A DNA stretch of 64,000 nt from assembly GCF_009914755.1 (NCBI RefSeq), contig NC_060933.1, one strand, 5' to 3'. Below the pieces are notes generated by a model that worked only from the letters and a program-made list of their open reading frames with translations, was not told the DNA's origin and did not search any database. Both the position numbers and the translations under genes were made by a program. Shown here piece by piece: positions 15,621 to 30,259 of this stretch. This DNA comes from the human T2T-CHM13v2.0 reference genome, Homo sapiens. How positions within the stretch are numbered: the stretch's first letter is position 1; each line of letters starts with the position of its first letter.

Positions 15621-18600
15621 AAAAAAAAAAAAAAAAGTACAGGCTCTGAAATCACACATGTGAAAGAAAACCTTAGGCAAATAGTTTAATTTCCAAAGTC
15701 TTAGTGTCCTTCTCTTTAAATGGAGATACTACCTCTTTCAAAAGGCAATTGTGAAGATCAAATGACAACCTGCACCTAGCACAGAACCTGGCACATCTGA
15801 GCACTCAATAAACATTCCTTGATCCTACCAGTATTCTCATAATCACCATAGTTTTGTCTGACTCCCTCTTTTCAAATTAAGTGGTACTCTGGGATATTGG
15901 GGTTAACCCTGTCCAAGGGCTGCTTTGTTGGACACTGTCAGTAGAGACAGAATGTGTAAGTTTAGCAGTATTTTCAAGTAAAAAGCATAAAGGAACAATT
16001 CAGATGGTAGCCAATGGGTGAAAGAAGATAAAATAAAATATTCAGAGAAATTACCTAAGATACAGTGCAGCTGCTATAGCTTTGATTTATGACTAACATC
16101 CTAGGACAGAGATGGGGAGGAAGCTGATAAACAGAGGCTATGACCTGCTGTGGGCAATAATGTCTCAGGATCTCAGGTGCCACTTCACAGATGGGACATA
16201 GGTGTTGCCTGGTTGGGTTCTGAGTATCTGGGTTTAGTGGGGCTGAGCTGAGACAGCCAAAGAGAAAGCACATAAATATCCAAGGGAGAGAATGTGTCTG
16301 GCTTCAGACCTTACAGATCAAAATTGTCTTTCCAGATAAAGGTCTAAAAGAGAGAGCTGAATAAATCAAACAAGAGGTGACGAGAAATTGAGGAGGAAGT
16401 GAAGCACAGAAGATCTGAGACTGATATCTGCACTGGGAAGGGATATCTGGAACTCTCTCTCTCTCTCTTTCTCTCTCCATGGGTTCTGGGGTTGCACATT
16501 GGTTGAGATAAAGATGAATTTCAGTTGGACCAGCAGATATTGGAGAATGATGAGAGCAGCAGTTAAGGAAGGTAGGGGAAATATTATGAAGCCTACTTTA
16601 GATCATGCTAAGGGGTTTCTATTTGAGCCTGTAGACAATGTTGATCAGATTTCTGTTTTACAAAGACAACCCTTAAATGCTTCACCTTATCCCCACAGTC
16701 CTAATTAATTGTCTTTGCTTCTCATTCCCACACAGCTTGGCTCTTGCCACATCGTGACTTATTTTTTATTTTTTTTCTATGACTATCTTTCTCCTTCCAA
16801 CTGTGAAATTTCTTGAAGGCAGACCCTATGTCTTTGACTTTGATGCCATGTTTTTTTTTTTTGTTTTGCTTGTTTGTTTTTTAAGACAAAGACATGGCAG
16901 GTAAAATTCAAATTTGGATGACATCCATGAAACATGAGAAGTTCGTTTCTAGAAGCTCCTGAAGGACTTGGGCTTGGGGCTCAGAGAGTAAGTTGCTTCT
17001 CTCCAATACTAAAATCAAGCCCCTGGGAATGGGCCAGCCAAATTGGACATGCAGCACCAGGAGCTTTCTGAGAGTATTTTTCTATTTCTTTTTCATCTCT
17101 TTTCTCCCCAGCCTTACCATGTTCTTGTCCACAGAGGTCAACATATGTTTAGTACATGAAAGGCGGATACCTCTTCTTTGAAGAGTAATTTGTGGACAGG
17201 GCCTTCAGAGTAGTGCTTTCCCTTGTGTTATGGTATCCTTGTGTTCCAGGGTGGTAAGCTGCTTTGGCAATGTGGCAGCCCACTGGTCTCCTGGGAGATG
17301 CTTCAAGAGTAAGCCATTTCACACCGTGCTGCCTGGGGAGCTCAGAGCAAACCCTGGCCATCAGATATGGCCAGTGGAGGGCAGCAGAGGGCTGCAGAGC
17401 ATGGTCCAGTGTCCCTCTGGAGGTGATGGAACTATCAGGACAGGTATCTGCATGTGAGAGTGCAGGATTGACAGGAAAATGCCTATCAGCAATCAAGAAG
17501 AACCAATAGATTCTTCGGAGAAAGATCAGGCTGTAGAGATATTGAGGAGCTGGCACCTTGAAAACCCTGAAGTAGATTAGGGAATATCAATGGGAAACTA
17601 GAAACTCAGCATGTGGAGTAAGGACCAGCCTAACACCATAACAATAATACTTCTGCCTTCTGCAGATCACCAGAGGCCAGAGCTGGATGAGATGCCTTCC
17701 AGAGGACCTCGAAGATAACCTCAATTGGCCTTTTTGCCCCTCTATCTAGCTTAGAGAATGCAGTGGCTCTGGGCTCTGGAATAATAATCTCCTCCCCATC
17801 CTTCTTCACTTCCCTCCCCACCCAAACCACCCATTTCTGTCTCATCTGTGGTTTCATACTCAACTGTGGAGGCTAGTGCCATACATAGGTGAAAACTCAG
17901 GTTATCAGTGGCTACTCAACAGCCTCACTAGTGGCCAATCTAACCTCACTTTACTGCCATAATTAGAAGTTAGCAGGTGTTTCTACTTTTAGCCTCTGTT
18001 TTATTGGCTTTGCTTACTGGCTAAAACAGGTCTTGGGATTCTTTCTGTGGCTGATTAAGTCACACATCTTGACACCTAAAGTGATGTTCCAGCCAAAATA
18101 TATTTGCACATGTAATAATAAAAATAATCATCTGCCACATATGAGAAAGAGACAGAAATCTCTTACAATTTATTTTCCATTTTATTTTTACTCCTGTTAG
18201 CACCTTCACTCTAGCCAATGGAATCCGTTGTTGTGAGTTCCTATTGTTAGCCTTGATGGCTAGATTTGCTGATATTACTGGCATTAGGCTTTGCAACTTA
18301 TTTCAAGGAAAGATAACATTTGGATGTCCACATTTTTGTTCAAGGTCACTGGCCAATTGTATCTTATCAATGTCTTTATCCTTGTATCATCTATATTTAT
18401 TACACCTTAAGGAAGCATCATAAATATCCTTATTGGCTAGAGCCTCACTTCCTTGTGAGGCATCTTTTTCAATGACTTATCCTTGCCTTTCTGTTCATAG
18501 TTGGTTAGCAACAGGTGCAGTTGAATAAATGGGTGGGTATGTGTCTATAAGATAAGTGCCATCTCCTTCTTTTATCTTAAGATATTTCCATTTCTTCAGC

Positions 18601-21372
18601 TAAACAATGGAGATGATTACACCACCATATGCTCCCCTCCTTCAACAGATGTAAGTGTGGGGTCATCACCAAAGAAAGGGTTTGAGGACCAGTTACTCAG
18701 CCACACATCCCAATGGCTTAAGAATCTCTGTATTCTGGAAGAGAATATGGCCCTATGAGGGCCTTCCTATTATATCCAGAATTTAGTGACTTTTTCTTCC
18801 TATTACCATAATCACATCCATTGCATTGGACATATGGTGGCTTAGAGGACAGAATTAGAATTAATCAGTGAGTGGCTATTACAGGGAAACAAGGACTCAA
18901 CTTAAATAGCATTTTCTAAGTTAAACTTGCCTAAAGATTGATGGGGCTGATTCACAAGGAGGTGAACTATAATCCTGGGGGTTTTAGGTAGAGGGGAAGA
19001 CCAATTGTCACCACTGGTTCTCTCTGATGGCCAGATCAGATTCTTTGTAAAGTCTTCTGTAGCACTTGGGACACATAATTATTACAGGCTTCTAAAATGG
19101 GTTTCTAACAAGTTACTACTGTTACCTGAAATCATAGCCAGCAGAATAGTGCAATGCATTTTAAAAACAATATCTAACTTCTTTTTATCAGATGAGGAAT
19201 ATATTAGCATTCATTGAGCTCCTATGTATCAGATATTGTGCTAAGCACTTTACATCCTTTAATGCTTGCAACAACCCTGTTAGGCAAGGGTTATTCTTTT
19301 CATTCCACAGGTAAAGAAACTGAGACTCAGAGCATTTAAGTCAGTTGTCTAAGTTCACATCATAGTAGAACCCAAATCTGTAGCCAGATCTCTCTGAATA
19401 GCTGTCTTTTCAACGCACCAGGCCACCTTTTATGAAGAAATAAAGGCTATGCTGACCAAAGCTCTGTTCTCCTGAGTATTACCATGCATTTTAGTTGCAA
19501 ATAATATTTAATACAGTAATACATAATCAAGGAGTATTTTTTTTGTCAATGACTGCAGGGTAAACCTACCTTAGCTTCATTCTACATTCACCTCAGAATG
19601 TGTGTATAGTCAGTTTTCACACTGAATGTCAGCAAATGGAGTGGATATGGTGCTCAAAGAAGGCAAAAAATAAGTGATCATCTTAGATTTACAAGAGTTG
19701 CAAAAATTTTATAACCAGCTATGCTGTAAGAATTGTGAGTGTGGTCAAGTAAGACTAGTGAATTCTTCCAGAAGGTAGCAGCTTTTTCCCTTGCTATTAC
19801 ACTGGCTGAGTATCTACTCTTCTTTAGATATAGGATATGCACTAGGGAAGCTGTTTGAAGACTGATTACAAATGTGGCCATGACAATGTGGTTAAGTGAT
19901 TTCATTAATATGTAGTTTAAAGAACAAAAAGGCCAGTGCCACACCAAGGAACATGGAGGTAGCATTTTCCAATACTGTCTAGAAAGCTGGAGCATGTCCA
20001 AATAGTTAGCCTTTGGGTATTTATTTCCTTTGTATGAAAACAGACATTGAAACTTGCTTTGTATTCATTTGTTTTTCAGGTTAGTTATTGCCATTTGCTT
20101 TGAACGTGTATAAAGGGATTTTTCAGAAGTAGCATGTGAGCTGTAACAAGGAATCTTATCTGGCAATCTTCCCTGATCTGTCACTGAAGGCTAATCTCAC
20201 CACAGGAACACTGTCATACATCATAAAGATATATACCCTTTCCAGGCATTTTAAAACATATTTATTTTTCCTTCGTTTTACAAATACTGACTGTCTACAA
20301 TTGTTGGTTTTAATAATATTACCAGCAAACAGTTAATTGCACTTGCTGTGTGCATGGCATGGTTCTAAGAGCTTTTTATCTCACAAGAACTCTGAGATGA
20401 ATCTCATTTTCCAGAAGTGGAAACTGTATAAAGCTTAATTTTTTTTCTTAATAGACTAGGAAAAAATAAAGTTAATCAAAATCTCTGCAAGCTTTAAGGT
20501 TGATATTTAATTTAAAACAAAACAAAAACAGTTTCAAAGTAGTATATTCCCAACGTTATCTGTAGAGTCATATTTATTGTTCACCTTAATGTTCAGTCAT
20601 CACTAAAGATTTCTGTAGCTAATCAGAATCAATGGAGCCACTAAATTTATTGTGAAATAAATGACATCCCTATGAAAAATACTCTGTTCTAAATATGACC
20701 CAGGACAAACTCTGAATTAGAGCTGTTGCATTTTGTATACTACTGTACTTCCATCTTCATTAACACCTAGCCAGTCTTTCTTCTAACACCTAGTTAGCAA
20801 CTGGTTACTGTCAAAGACTGCTGTGTTTCAGTTCTGTCCAGAGGAGCTAGATCTGTATTTGTCTACATCTGTTTCCAGAATTGCAAGTAGTAACTTTTAA
20901 TATAAATAGCTTTTCTTAAGTACAATGTTTTGGGGCCTCATAAAAGCACTCTTCCCTTAGACCTGAATGTAACATCGGTATGGTAGATTCACCTGGGCTT
21001 GTGCCAAGGAATTACTGTTCTGAAGCTTCTCAAGGTCTTTGTTATAGATGGTTCTCCCTATAAGCCATATCAATATATCTCTATATTTTCAAAATCCGAA
21101 ATACTGTTCTATGCTCTCAAATTGATACCAAACATTAAAAATCTGAAAGTCCTCCCAAATTAGGAATATTGAATAGCTCTATCTATAAGTTAGTCCCGAG
21201 GTCTTCAAGACACTAAGAAGTAGAATATTTTTATGGTTAGTTCTCTGAGCTTGGAAATCAGATGGCCTGAGTCTGATCTGGCCTGTATGGGCAACTGTGG
21301 GTTACCATAAATGTAATGTGTCCAGTGATAGATGGGTGCTCACAGGATAGTAGGGAGCCCATGGAGAGGGGT

Positions 21373-21950
21373 TGTTGGGGTGATCAGACCCAACACCAGG
21401 TCGTGGGGGTGATGAAGTCTGGCGGAGTCAAAGGATTGAGAAAAAGACAGTTTGAGAAGTAAAGTGGGACCAGGGGGCCATTGCGATTGTGGAGGCTGTG
21501 AAGGCCCTGAGCTCTGGGAGCCCACACTATTTATTGGTAATCCAACAAAGAAATAGGTGGTGAGAATGTGGAGGTCAAAGGGCACGTTGCTTTAAGCACA
21601 TGATTTACAGCTGGGATGGCTTAGCATTTGCTCTGCTACTTGAGATAATGGAGAGCAAGTTCTTTTAACTCAAAATACAATCAATGCTGGGAGAGCAAGG
21701 AGCCAGCAAGTCTAGACAAATTCCAGAGCCACGAGCCCTGGATTCTATCCAAGTCACGAGGGATTTTATGCCCTGGGCTTAGATTATAGTGCGTCAGGGT
21801 AGCCTTCCACCTTTAGCACAGAGCTTGGTGTTCCAAAGGCCACAAGGGGTTTTAGACCCTGGACCTCAGACATGTTCCAAGACTCTTTTACATTATGTCA
21901 GACATGCAAGCCCTGCCTCAGCTTCTCCCGACACTCAGCTTTACCCAACA
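21373..21950 (-). mobile_element. 3' LTR (LTR14 family, probably LTR14B)
   Basis: TG...CA ends; preceded on minus by PPT aaaaaagagaaggggggca; highly similar to 25214-25800. Confidence 0.9.
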
Positions 21951-22619
21951 TGCCCCCCTTCTCTTTTTTGTAAAACAGAAGGTATTATTATTACTATCAT
22001 TATTACTAGCTATCATTATTTCTAGCATAAAAGGTGGCCTCTTTTAATTGAGCAAGGCACTTTCATGCTCTGCAGCCTTTAATTGCCGGTTGGTGATCCA
22101 GCTTCATTTTTCTTAGCCCTTATTCAAACTGGAGTCGCTCTGGTTTGAATACTTCCCACACATCTCCCCTTTCCCTTTTTCAAGAGGACCCTTAATTCTA
22201 GCGGTTGCAGAAGGATGAAGGTCCCTCTTCTGTAACTTCTTCATGCTGAATAGGGGTGATGATACTCCTGCCTAACTGTTCAGGTCTCTTGTATTCAGGG
22301 TAGAGAGAAGCTCAGTCAGAAAGCATTGGTCCATTAAGCATCTGTAGGTAAAACCCTGGTGCTCCAGCAGTTTTTCAGCTTCCTGTGCGGTTTTCTTGAT
22401 CTGTTCCCATGTCATGGGGATTGCACCTACATGGTTCATTCATCTCCTGCAAAAACACAAGCATACCCTCACCTCCATATTAGTAAATCTAATGAAACAG
22501 AAGCAAAAACATTTTTGGCTGTAGCCAGGAGGCCACTGATAATGAGAAACAGGCCCCTTCTAACAGAAGGCACAGGGAAAGCAAATCAAGGCTTTTCAAA
22601 CCTTCAATTCACACCGTAC

Positions 22620-22780
22620 AGGTGGGCCCACTAGATGCTGTGGCTCAGGATAGATCTTCAGATGTTTCGTGGGCACCCACACAGGCACCTGATCATCACC
22701 TGAAGAGACTCAAGTAAATCCTCTTCCCCATATAGTTATCTTTCCTTTTTCCCAGCTCTTTGTATATGACCATATTTTTT
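22620..22780 (-). pseudogene. Integrase C-terminal remnant
   Basis: Minus strand reads [31 protein letters not shown], a betaretroviral IN C-terminal WGRG motif. Confidence 0.8.
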
Positions 22781-23040
22781 TCTAAGGCCTGCGGCCTTAA
22801 GATGAGTTAACGAATGGAATGCTTGTGCCAGCAAAGACCGCAGAAACCAATGCATCCACCCCTTGATTAAGTTTAGTTAAAGGACCAAAAGGTCCTGGAG
22901 AGAAAAGAAAGAGCATTTTTATCCTTACCTCCCTCCCCTCCATTCCTTTTATATTTGCCCTTTGAACCATAGCTAATTTCCATAATTCAGAATGTTCTTG
23001 TCTGTCCCTGCAAATCTCTGCTAGTCTTTGCTAGTCTCTA

Positions 23041-23128
23041 CTTTTGTACCTCTTTAGGGCACTGACCTTATATTGCTAGTCTTTGCTTTTGTACCTCTTT
23101 AGGGCACTGACCTTATATTGCTAGTCTT
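23041..23128. repeat. Tandem duplication, 2 x 45 bp, inside the provirus
   Basis: cttttgtacctctttagggcactgaccttatattgctagtctt at 23041 and 23086. Confidence 0.93.
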
Positions 23129-23184
23129 CATCTATCCCTATCTGTCCCTGTGGTACCTGTTAGTTCCTGTGAGTTCCTGCAAGT

Positions 23185-23355
23185 CCCTATCTCTATTTAT
23201 CTCTATCTCTATTTATCTCCACTTTACGTACTTGTCTCTACTTTACTTACTTACTTGTCTCTACTTTACTTAACTTACTTATCTCTACTTACTTACTTGT
23301 CTCTACTTACTTACTTGTCTCAATTTATCTCTGCTTACTTACTTATCTCTACTTA

Positions 23356-23372
<17 letters not shown>
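23185..23372. repeat. Low-complexity array of CTTA / TCTCTA units
   Basis: Repeated acttacttatctct / acttacttgtctct units abutting the TRPC6 fragment. Confidence 0.9.
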
Positions 23373-23838
<466 letters not shown>

Positions 23839-23989
23839 CACATTCAGCCCATATCATGCCTGTGTGCTCATTAAATCTGTTTTTCTCTAGCAGAGGCAGG
23901 TTAACCATGAAACTGAAGCTTCAAGATGGCTTTACTTGTCCTATGCAAAGCAGCCCATGATTTATTTTTTCTGGGGACTACTGCCAACC

Positions 23990-24516
23990 AGGCCTGTGTG
24001 TCAATCTGTAAGCATCCAACAGCAGGTCTACTGTACAAATAGGTCTTTTGTCAGATACTTGATTAACCCAATATAGAGCCTTTCCTGTTGGATTAGTACT
24101 ACCAAAGCCTCCTGTTCTTTTCACTGTGCTGCTTCCCAGCTTTATGTCAACAACTGAGCAATTCTTTCTCCTGGGGAAGCAGACCATGCAGTTGAGGAAC
24201 TAATAACTAATTGAATTTCTCTGGTATAATCAGAACCAATCATTCCTGTATGCACAGTGACACCCTTCAAATTTAGACCAGACCTTCTAAGCAATAGACC
24301 AACTGTTCCTGAGGGCAAGCGTCCCCTAACTCCCATAGGGACCTTTTTTGGTGGCTCTCCAGGAAGTAGGGAGATGGGAATTGTGCTGCAGAGGTCCACA
24401 GCAGCACTGCCTGCCACGGCGGGAGACAATTGTTGCCGTTTGTAAGGGCACTGACTGTGCCAGATATGCCTCGGTTTATTGAGGTGCCCTCTGAATAAAC
24501 AAACCTCAGATTCCAC
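23990..24516 (-). pseudogene. pro remnant (dUTPase and start of protease)
   Basis: GSAAVDL, GLLLRRSGLNLKGVTVHTGMIGSDYTREIQ, GERIAQLL and RTGGFGST dUTPase motifs across ORFs 24142-24516 and 23978-24187. Confidence 0.9.
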
Positions 24517-24519
24517 TGG

Positions 24520-25065
24520 GTCTTAGCACTACCAATTGCTCCAGGTTTTAATGTTGCAGCTACAGGAGTGGTAAGTTTTATAGCTAATTGATTTTCTCTC
24601 CCATTAAGGAGAGAAAGAGGAGGTGGCTATTCACTTAATTCAGCAGGTGGAGCTGACAGGCTAGTAAAACATACTTTTTTTCAGTTTCTCTTTCATTTAA
24701 TTTCCTCCAGTTTCTGTTCCTCACATTCAGAATCTGAAGTTAGTTGTGTATGCTCATCCTCCTCTTCCTCATCTGAATCTGCCTTATCATCTGTTTGAAA
24801 TGGCTCAAGAGCTGCTTTTATTAGTGCCCACATTGACCAAACTGAGACTGGAATTTTTGTATCATCTTTATACGCTTTTTTAAAATCTCTGCCAATTCTC
24901 TCCCATTTATCCAACTCCATAGTCCCTTGCTCTGGGAACCATGGGCAAAACTGCTTTACTGCACTAAAGAGTGATAAGAAATTCTAATACTAACTTTCAC
25001 TCCCCCTCTTTGTAATAAATGCCTTAAGAAAAATAAGCAGAATGTCTGCTTTCAATTTGTCCCAT
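24520..25065 (-). pseudogene. Betaretrovirus-like gag remnant (matrix and acidic region)
   Basis: ATG GGA CAA ATT GAA (MGQIES) at 25065; MELDKWERIGRDFKKAY...VWSMWALIKAALEPFQ in ORF 24693-24920; frameshifted; capsid region absent. Confidence 0.85.
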
Positions 25066-25191
25066 TGTTACCCTCGTTCTTCCAAGTACTCAACTTTCCC
25101 GCTGAGCTTCTTTTAGACATCCTCGGGTGTCCTTTGACGATGTGTCCTCTGCTTTCATACGCTCTAGCGTTCCTTCACCAGGGTCTTTGTC

Positions 25192-25209
25192 ACCCCATGT
25201 TGGGTGCCA
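25192..25209 (-). promoter_or_regulatory. Primer-binding site for tRNA-Lys
   Basis: TGGCACCCAACATGGGGT just inside the 5' LTR; a CpG-decayed form of TGGCGCCCAACGTGGGGC. Confidence 0.88.
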
Positions 25210-25213
25210 GGAA

Positions 25214-25800
25214 TGTTTGTGTGATCAGACCCAACACCAGGTCATGGGGGCAACGAAGTCCGGCGGAGTCTAAGGATTGAGAAAAAGACAGTTTGAGAAG
25301 TAAAGTGGGACCAGGGGGCCATTGTGATTGCAGAGGTTGTGAAGGCCCTGAGCTCTGGGAGCCCATGCTATTTATTGGTAATCCAACAAAGAAACAGGTG
25401 GTGAGAATGTGGAGGTTGAAAAGGCACATTGCATTAAGCACATGATTTACAGCTGTGATGGTTTAGCATTAGCTCTGCTACTTGAGATAGTGGAGAGCAG
25501 GTTCTTTTAACTCAAGATACAATCAATCCTGGGAGAGCAAGGAGCAAAGAGCCAGCAAGTCTAGACACATTCCAGAGCCACGAGCCCTGGATTCTATCCA
25601 AGCTACGAGGGATTTTATGCCCTGGCCTTAGATTATGGTGTGTCAGCGTAGCCCTCCACCCTTTAGCACAGAGCTTGGTGTTCCAAAGGCCATGGGGGGT
25701 TTTAGACCCTGGATCCTGGACATGTTCCAAGACTCTTTTACATTATGTCAGACATGCAAGCCTTGCCCCAGCTTCTCCCAACACTCATCTTTTCCCAGGA
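25214..25800 (-). mobile_element. 5' LTR (LTR14 family, probably LTR14B)
   Basis: Direct repeat of 21373-21950; followed on minus by the PBS; outer terminus mutated (cccagga vs cccaaca). Confidence 0.9.
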
Positions 25801-27133
25801 AGGGGTGGGGTAAATGAGGAGAATGAAACAGATAGATAGTTAGAGGATCATTTCAAGAGGATGAGGGATGAGAAATAGAGAAAGAGAGTAGGAAGAATTA
25901 AATCCATCAGATATTGGGCTGTGTAGGTGATACTGGGCTGAGGTGCAGGTAAGGATTAAGGTTAACAGAATTTCTAGAAAAAGTAGTTCAGGAATTTTAC
26001 TGGGATCTAGAAAACATTAAGCACTATGAGAATTGTGCTTATTGAGATATATTGTGATATTGAGAATTTTCTTGGGGAACATGGGCTCTGTGTCTAGAGA
26101 TATATTTAAGGAAAAACTGGGACCATAGTTTTAAAGAACCAAGTGGTCTGTGGCTTACATTGGAACACAAACCAGAACATTCAGCTGTAGAGAAATTCAA
26201 AGGAAGAAAAACTTCACTGGAATCATGATTCTTCCCAATGTATCTTTATAGATTTTTGTTTAAATTCAGAGAAGTTATTTCTTTAAAAGGATGAGTACTT
26301 ATTTTTAAAAGTGCATATAAATCATTTTTTCCTTTGAGATATAATAATAATCTTACCTACTCTTGCCAAACTCTTGTCATATTTGAACCAATCTATGGCA
26401 GGCAGTTTACTGAGTGCCAAATTCAGTTTCCATTTGCTGTTTTAAAGGCATGGTAGACCTGAACTTTCTTGAAAGCAGCAAATAGATACTGTGTTTGGTA
26501 CTCAGCCGAGTGCAGGTTTAACATGACAGGAGGGTGATGTTTTTTCTGTTGATGTGCCCAAGTTAATCTGAGTTATCTCTCCAAATACATAGGTAGGTAT
26601 TATCAATTTCTCTGCCTAAATCCATGTAATCTGCAGGGTTGACAACTTCTCTGGTGAGAGCTTTGAAAGTGGATGATTCCATAATACTCTGTCTTATTGT
26701 TTGATGAGGGTAATTCACAACATAACCCTCTGTGATGAGGAATAGAGAGGTTAAAATGTGTACTCAAGTTAACTCAATCAATAGAGGACTTTGAAACCCC
26801 ATCTTTTTCCTCTCTCTAATAATACAAATCCTGTTGTTCTCTCAAAGTTGGTACAAAGCTGATCTATTCTTAGAAGCTAAACCTGACCAACTATACTTAA
26901 TAATGCCTAACATATCATATATAGATATTATATAATATTAATCCTTCTTATATCTCACAGATCATAGATATAGATATACATCTGTACTAAAGGTGTTCTC
27001 ATTACTTTATTGTCTCCCCAGGTAGATTTTGAACTATATAGGGTAGAGTTCCTTGTCCTCTAATTCTTTAGTGCTCCCATGCCCTCTTGTTCATTATAGA
27101 GCACACTGTAGGGGCCCAAGAGATCCTTGTTTA

Positions 27134-28125
<992 letters not shown>

Positions 28126-29724
28126 GGGGAAAAAGCAAAAAAAATTTGTACAGAAACTATTCTGCATCTCCCTTTAGTATTCCACTGTCTCCATGTTTTC
28201 ATGGTGAGAAGCTCCTGCTTTGAGACAATCACACAGATGACGCTGAGCAGATTGGGGGCATTCAGGTCAGACAGAGCTTACATGATCCAAGCTCTGCCAC
28301 TTTATCAGCTGCATAACCCCAGGAAAGTTACTCAGCATCCCTACACCTGTTTTCTCTTCCATAAAATGGAGCTAATTATATGCCAACCTCAGAGGGATGC
28401 TTTAAAAACTAATTAGATTAAATGTCTGGCACTTCATAGATGGTAGCTATCACTATTAGATACATGTTATTACATATTGTTAAGCACTTATTTTTTGTGA
28501 GACTGGCACAAATTTACTGAGAACTTTCTCAGTTTGATTTTAATTCTGCTGATTCCCAACCAATTACTAATAATAAAGCAACTAACAAAGAATGAGCAGA
28601 CTATGGCTCAAAATATAGATAATACAAAATCACTTCTGGGCGCTTATCTTCTCCATTCTCCATCACTTGTGCTAAGCTGAGTTGGCAACATATGTTCAAG
28701 TGTGTTCAGATGTTCTCAGTAGAGAATAGGATAATACAGAGAAAGTGTATCAGGTGCAAAGAGAGATTTAATAAACTGGTCGAGAAGTACTTGAAAAAGT
28801 ATGTGTTTTGGTTTTGACAGGTATGGCTTTAAATATGAGCTCAGCCTCTTACTACTTACAGAGGAAGCCCTGGACAGGTTATTAAACATCTATAAACCTG
28901 AGTTTATGCATGTGTAAAATGTAGATAAAGGTACACACATCACAAATTTGTTGTGAGAATAATAATCATGTTAATATTAGAAATAATTTTAACGATAAAT
29001 ATGTGCTTAATGGCCTCTACTTCCCTTCTCATTCTGGATGAGGCCAATTGCATAGTTAATAATGATAATCATGTGATTTAACCTGACCTTGACGGCATTT
29101 TAAAAACATTGCCTATTGTAATGCCCTGGTACAGCATTCTGTAAACTCATTCTGGAATAATCATGGGTATGCGTGAATGCAGGGAGAAATGAGATTACCT
29201 GAACTCCTGAACCCGCTCATTAATATTTCTTTTAAGGGGAGAATACCTGTCATATTTGAAACCTAAGCTGAGGAGGGTAGCTAAAGCAGTATTTTTGTTT
29301 AAAAGTAGTGAAGACAGGTGCCAAAACCCAAGCCTCTAATTCCTAAGGCAATTCCAAATTCCTTGACCCCAGCTGTGTCTGTTGTTGAGCTCATCAGGTT
29401 TAAAGGGGCCACCTGAGGAGGACTTTTAGGACTCAGAAGTTCTATTAGGGAAGTAGAAGCAGAAAGTGAGCCAGATGGAGCTGGAATGTAGAGGACTCGT
29501 CGTGAGCGGGGAGCCCACTTGGTCAGCTCAGTGAAGGCTCTCCCTCAGACGCCAACATCTACATGCGGATATGGAAGGTTTGCCAACACTTACCTTCTTT
29601 TTCTTAGCTAACTTTCCACAGAGTCTGAGAAAGGTACATATTGTAACCTAACTTTTCAAAGGAAGAATTAAATTCTAGAGAAACAGGTAGTGAAGAACTT
29701 CGCTTTGAAAGAAATTGTTTGTAA

Positions 29725-29950
29725 AGAGTTAAAACCATGGACTCTGTACTCAGATTACCTGGGTTCAGTTTTTAGCTTTGCCACTTACTGGCTGTGTGGT
29801 CTGGTGCCAGTTACTTAATCTTTCTCTTGGTTTCCCTATCTGTGAAATGGTGATAATGATAGTGTCTGCCTCATAGCATTGTTCCCAGCACTGATATGAG
29901 TTGAAACAAGGTGGTCACAACAGTATCTGGCTTATAGCAAGTGCTGTATT
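29725..29950 (+). mobile_element. MIR
   Basis: cctgggttcagtt...ctttgccacttactggctgtgtg...gttacttaatc core. Similar MIR relics occur at ~19200-19400, 31745-31975, 59940-60130 and 62085-62275. Confidence 0.75.
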
Positions 29951-30120
29951 TGTGTTGGTAAAAGAAGCTGTGGTGTATTGGGATTATCTTGGTTTTCCAT
30001 AACTACATTTGTCTTAGACTATTTGGATAGTAATGTCTAGTGATGTTGTAGTGGTTTTTAAACACAGATAGTTTGGAAACTGAGGGGGCACTGTGCCTTC
30101 TCAGTGTCCCCTCATTGGAC

Positions 30121-30259
30121 AACACTATTTCACTGTTGTTCAATGTTTTCACCTTAAAGAACATCCTCCTTCCACACTAGAAGGAGGATGACTATTGTAT
30201 GCCTACGATACTTGAGTTTATCCCTGTAGGAAAGTGAAGAAAACTAGAGCAAAGTAAAA
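30121..30259. repeat. 139-bp direct repeat, copy 1
   Basis: Near-identical to 31590-31728 (offset 1469 bp). Confidence 0.95.

Noticed and set aside
17149-18850. Overlapping ORFs at 17149-17556 and ERVL-like internal sequence
   Set aside because: No recognisable protein; it looks like decayed LTR/ERVL sequence but I could not assign a family or boundaries.
22895-22928. GTAAGG...polypyrimidine-CAG on minus as an intron
   Set aside because: Only 34 nt, too short for a spliceosomal intron; the acceptor alone may still be usable.
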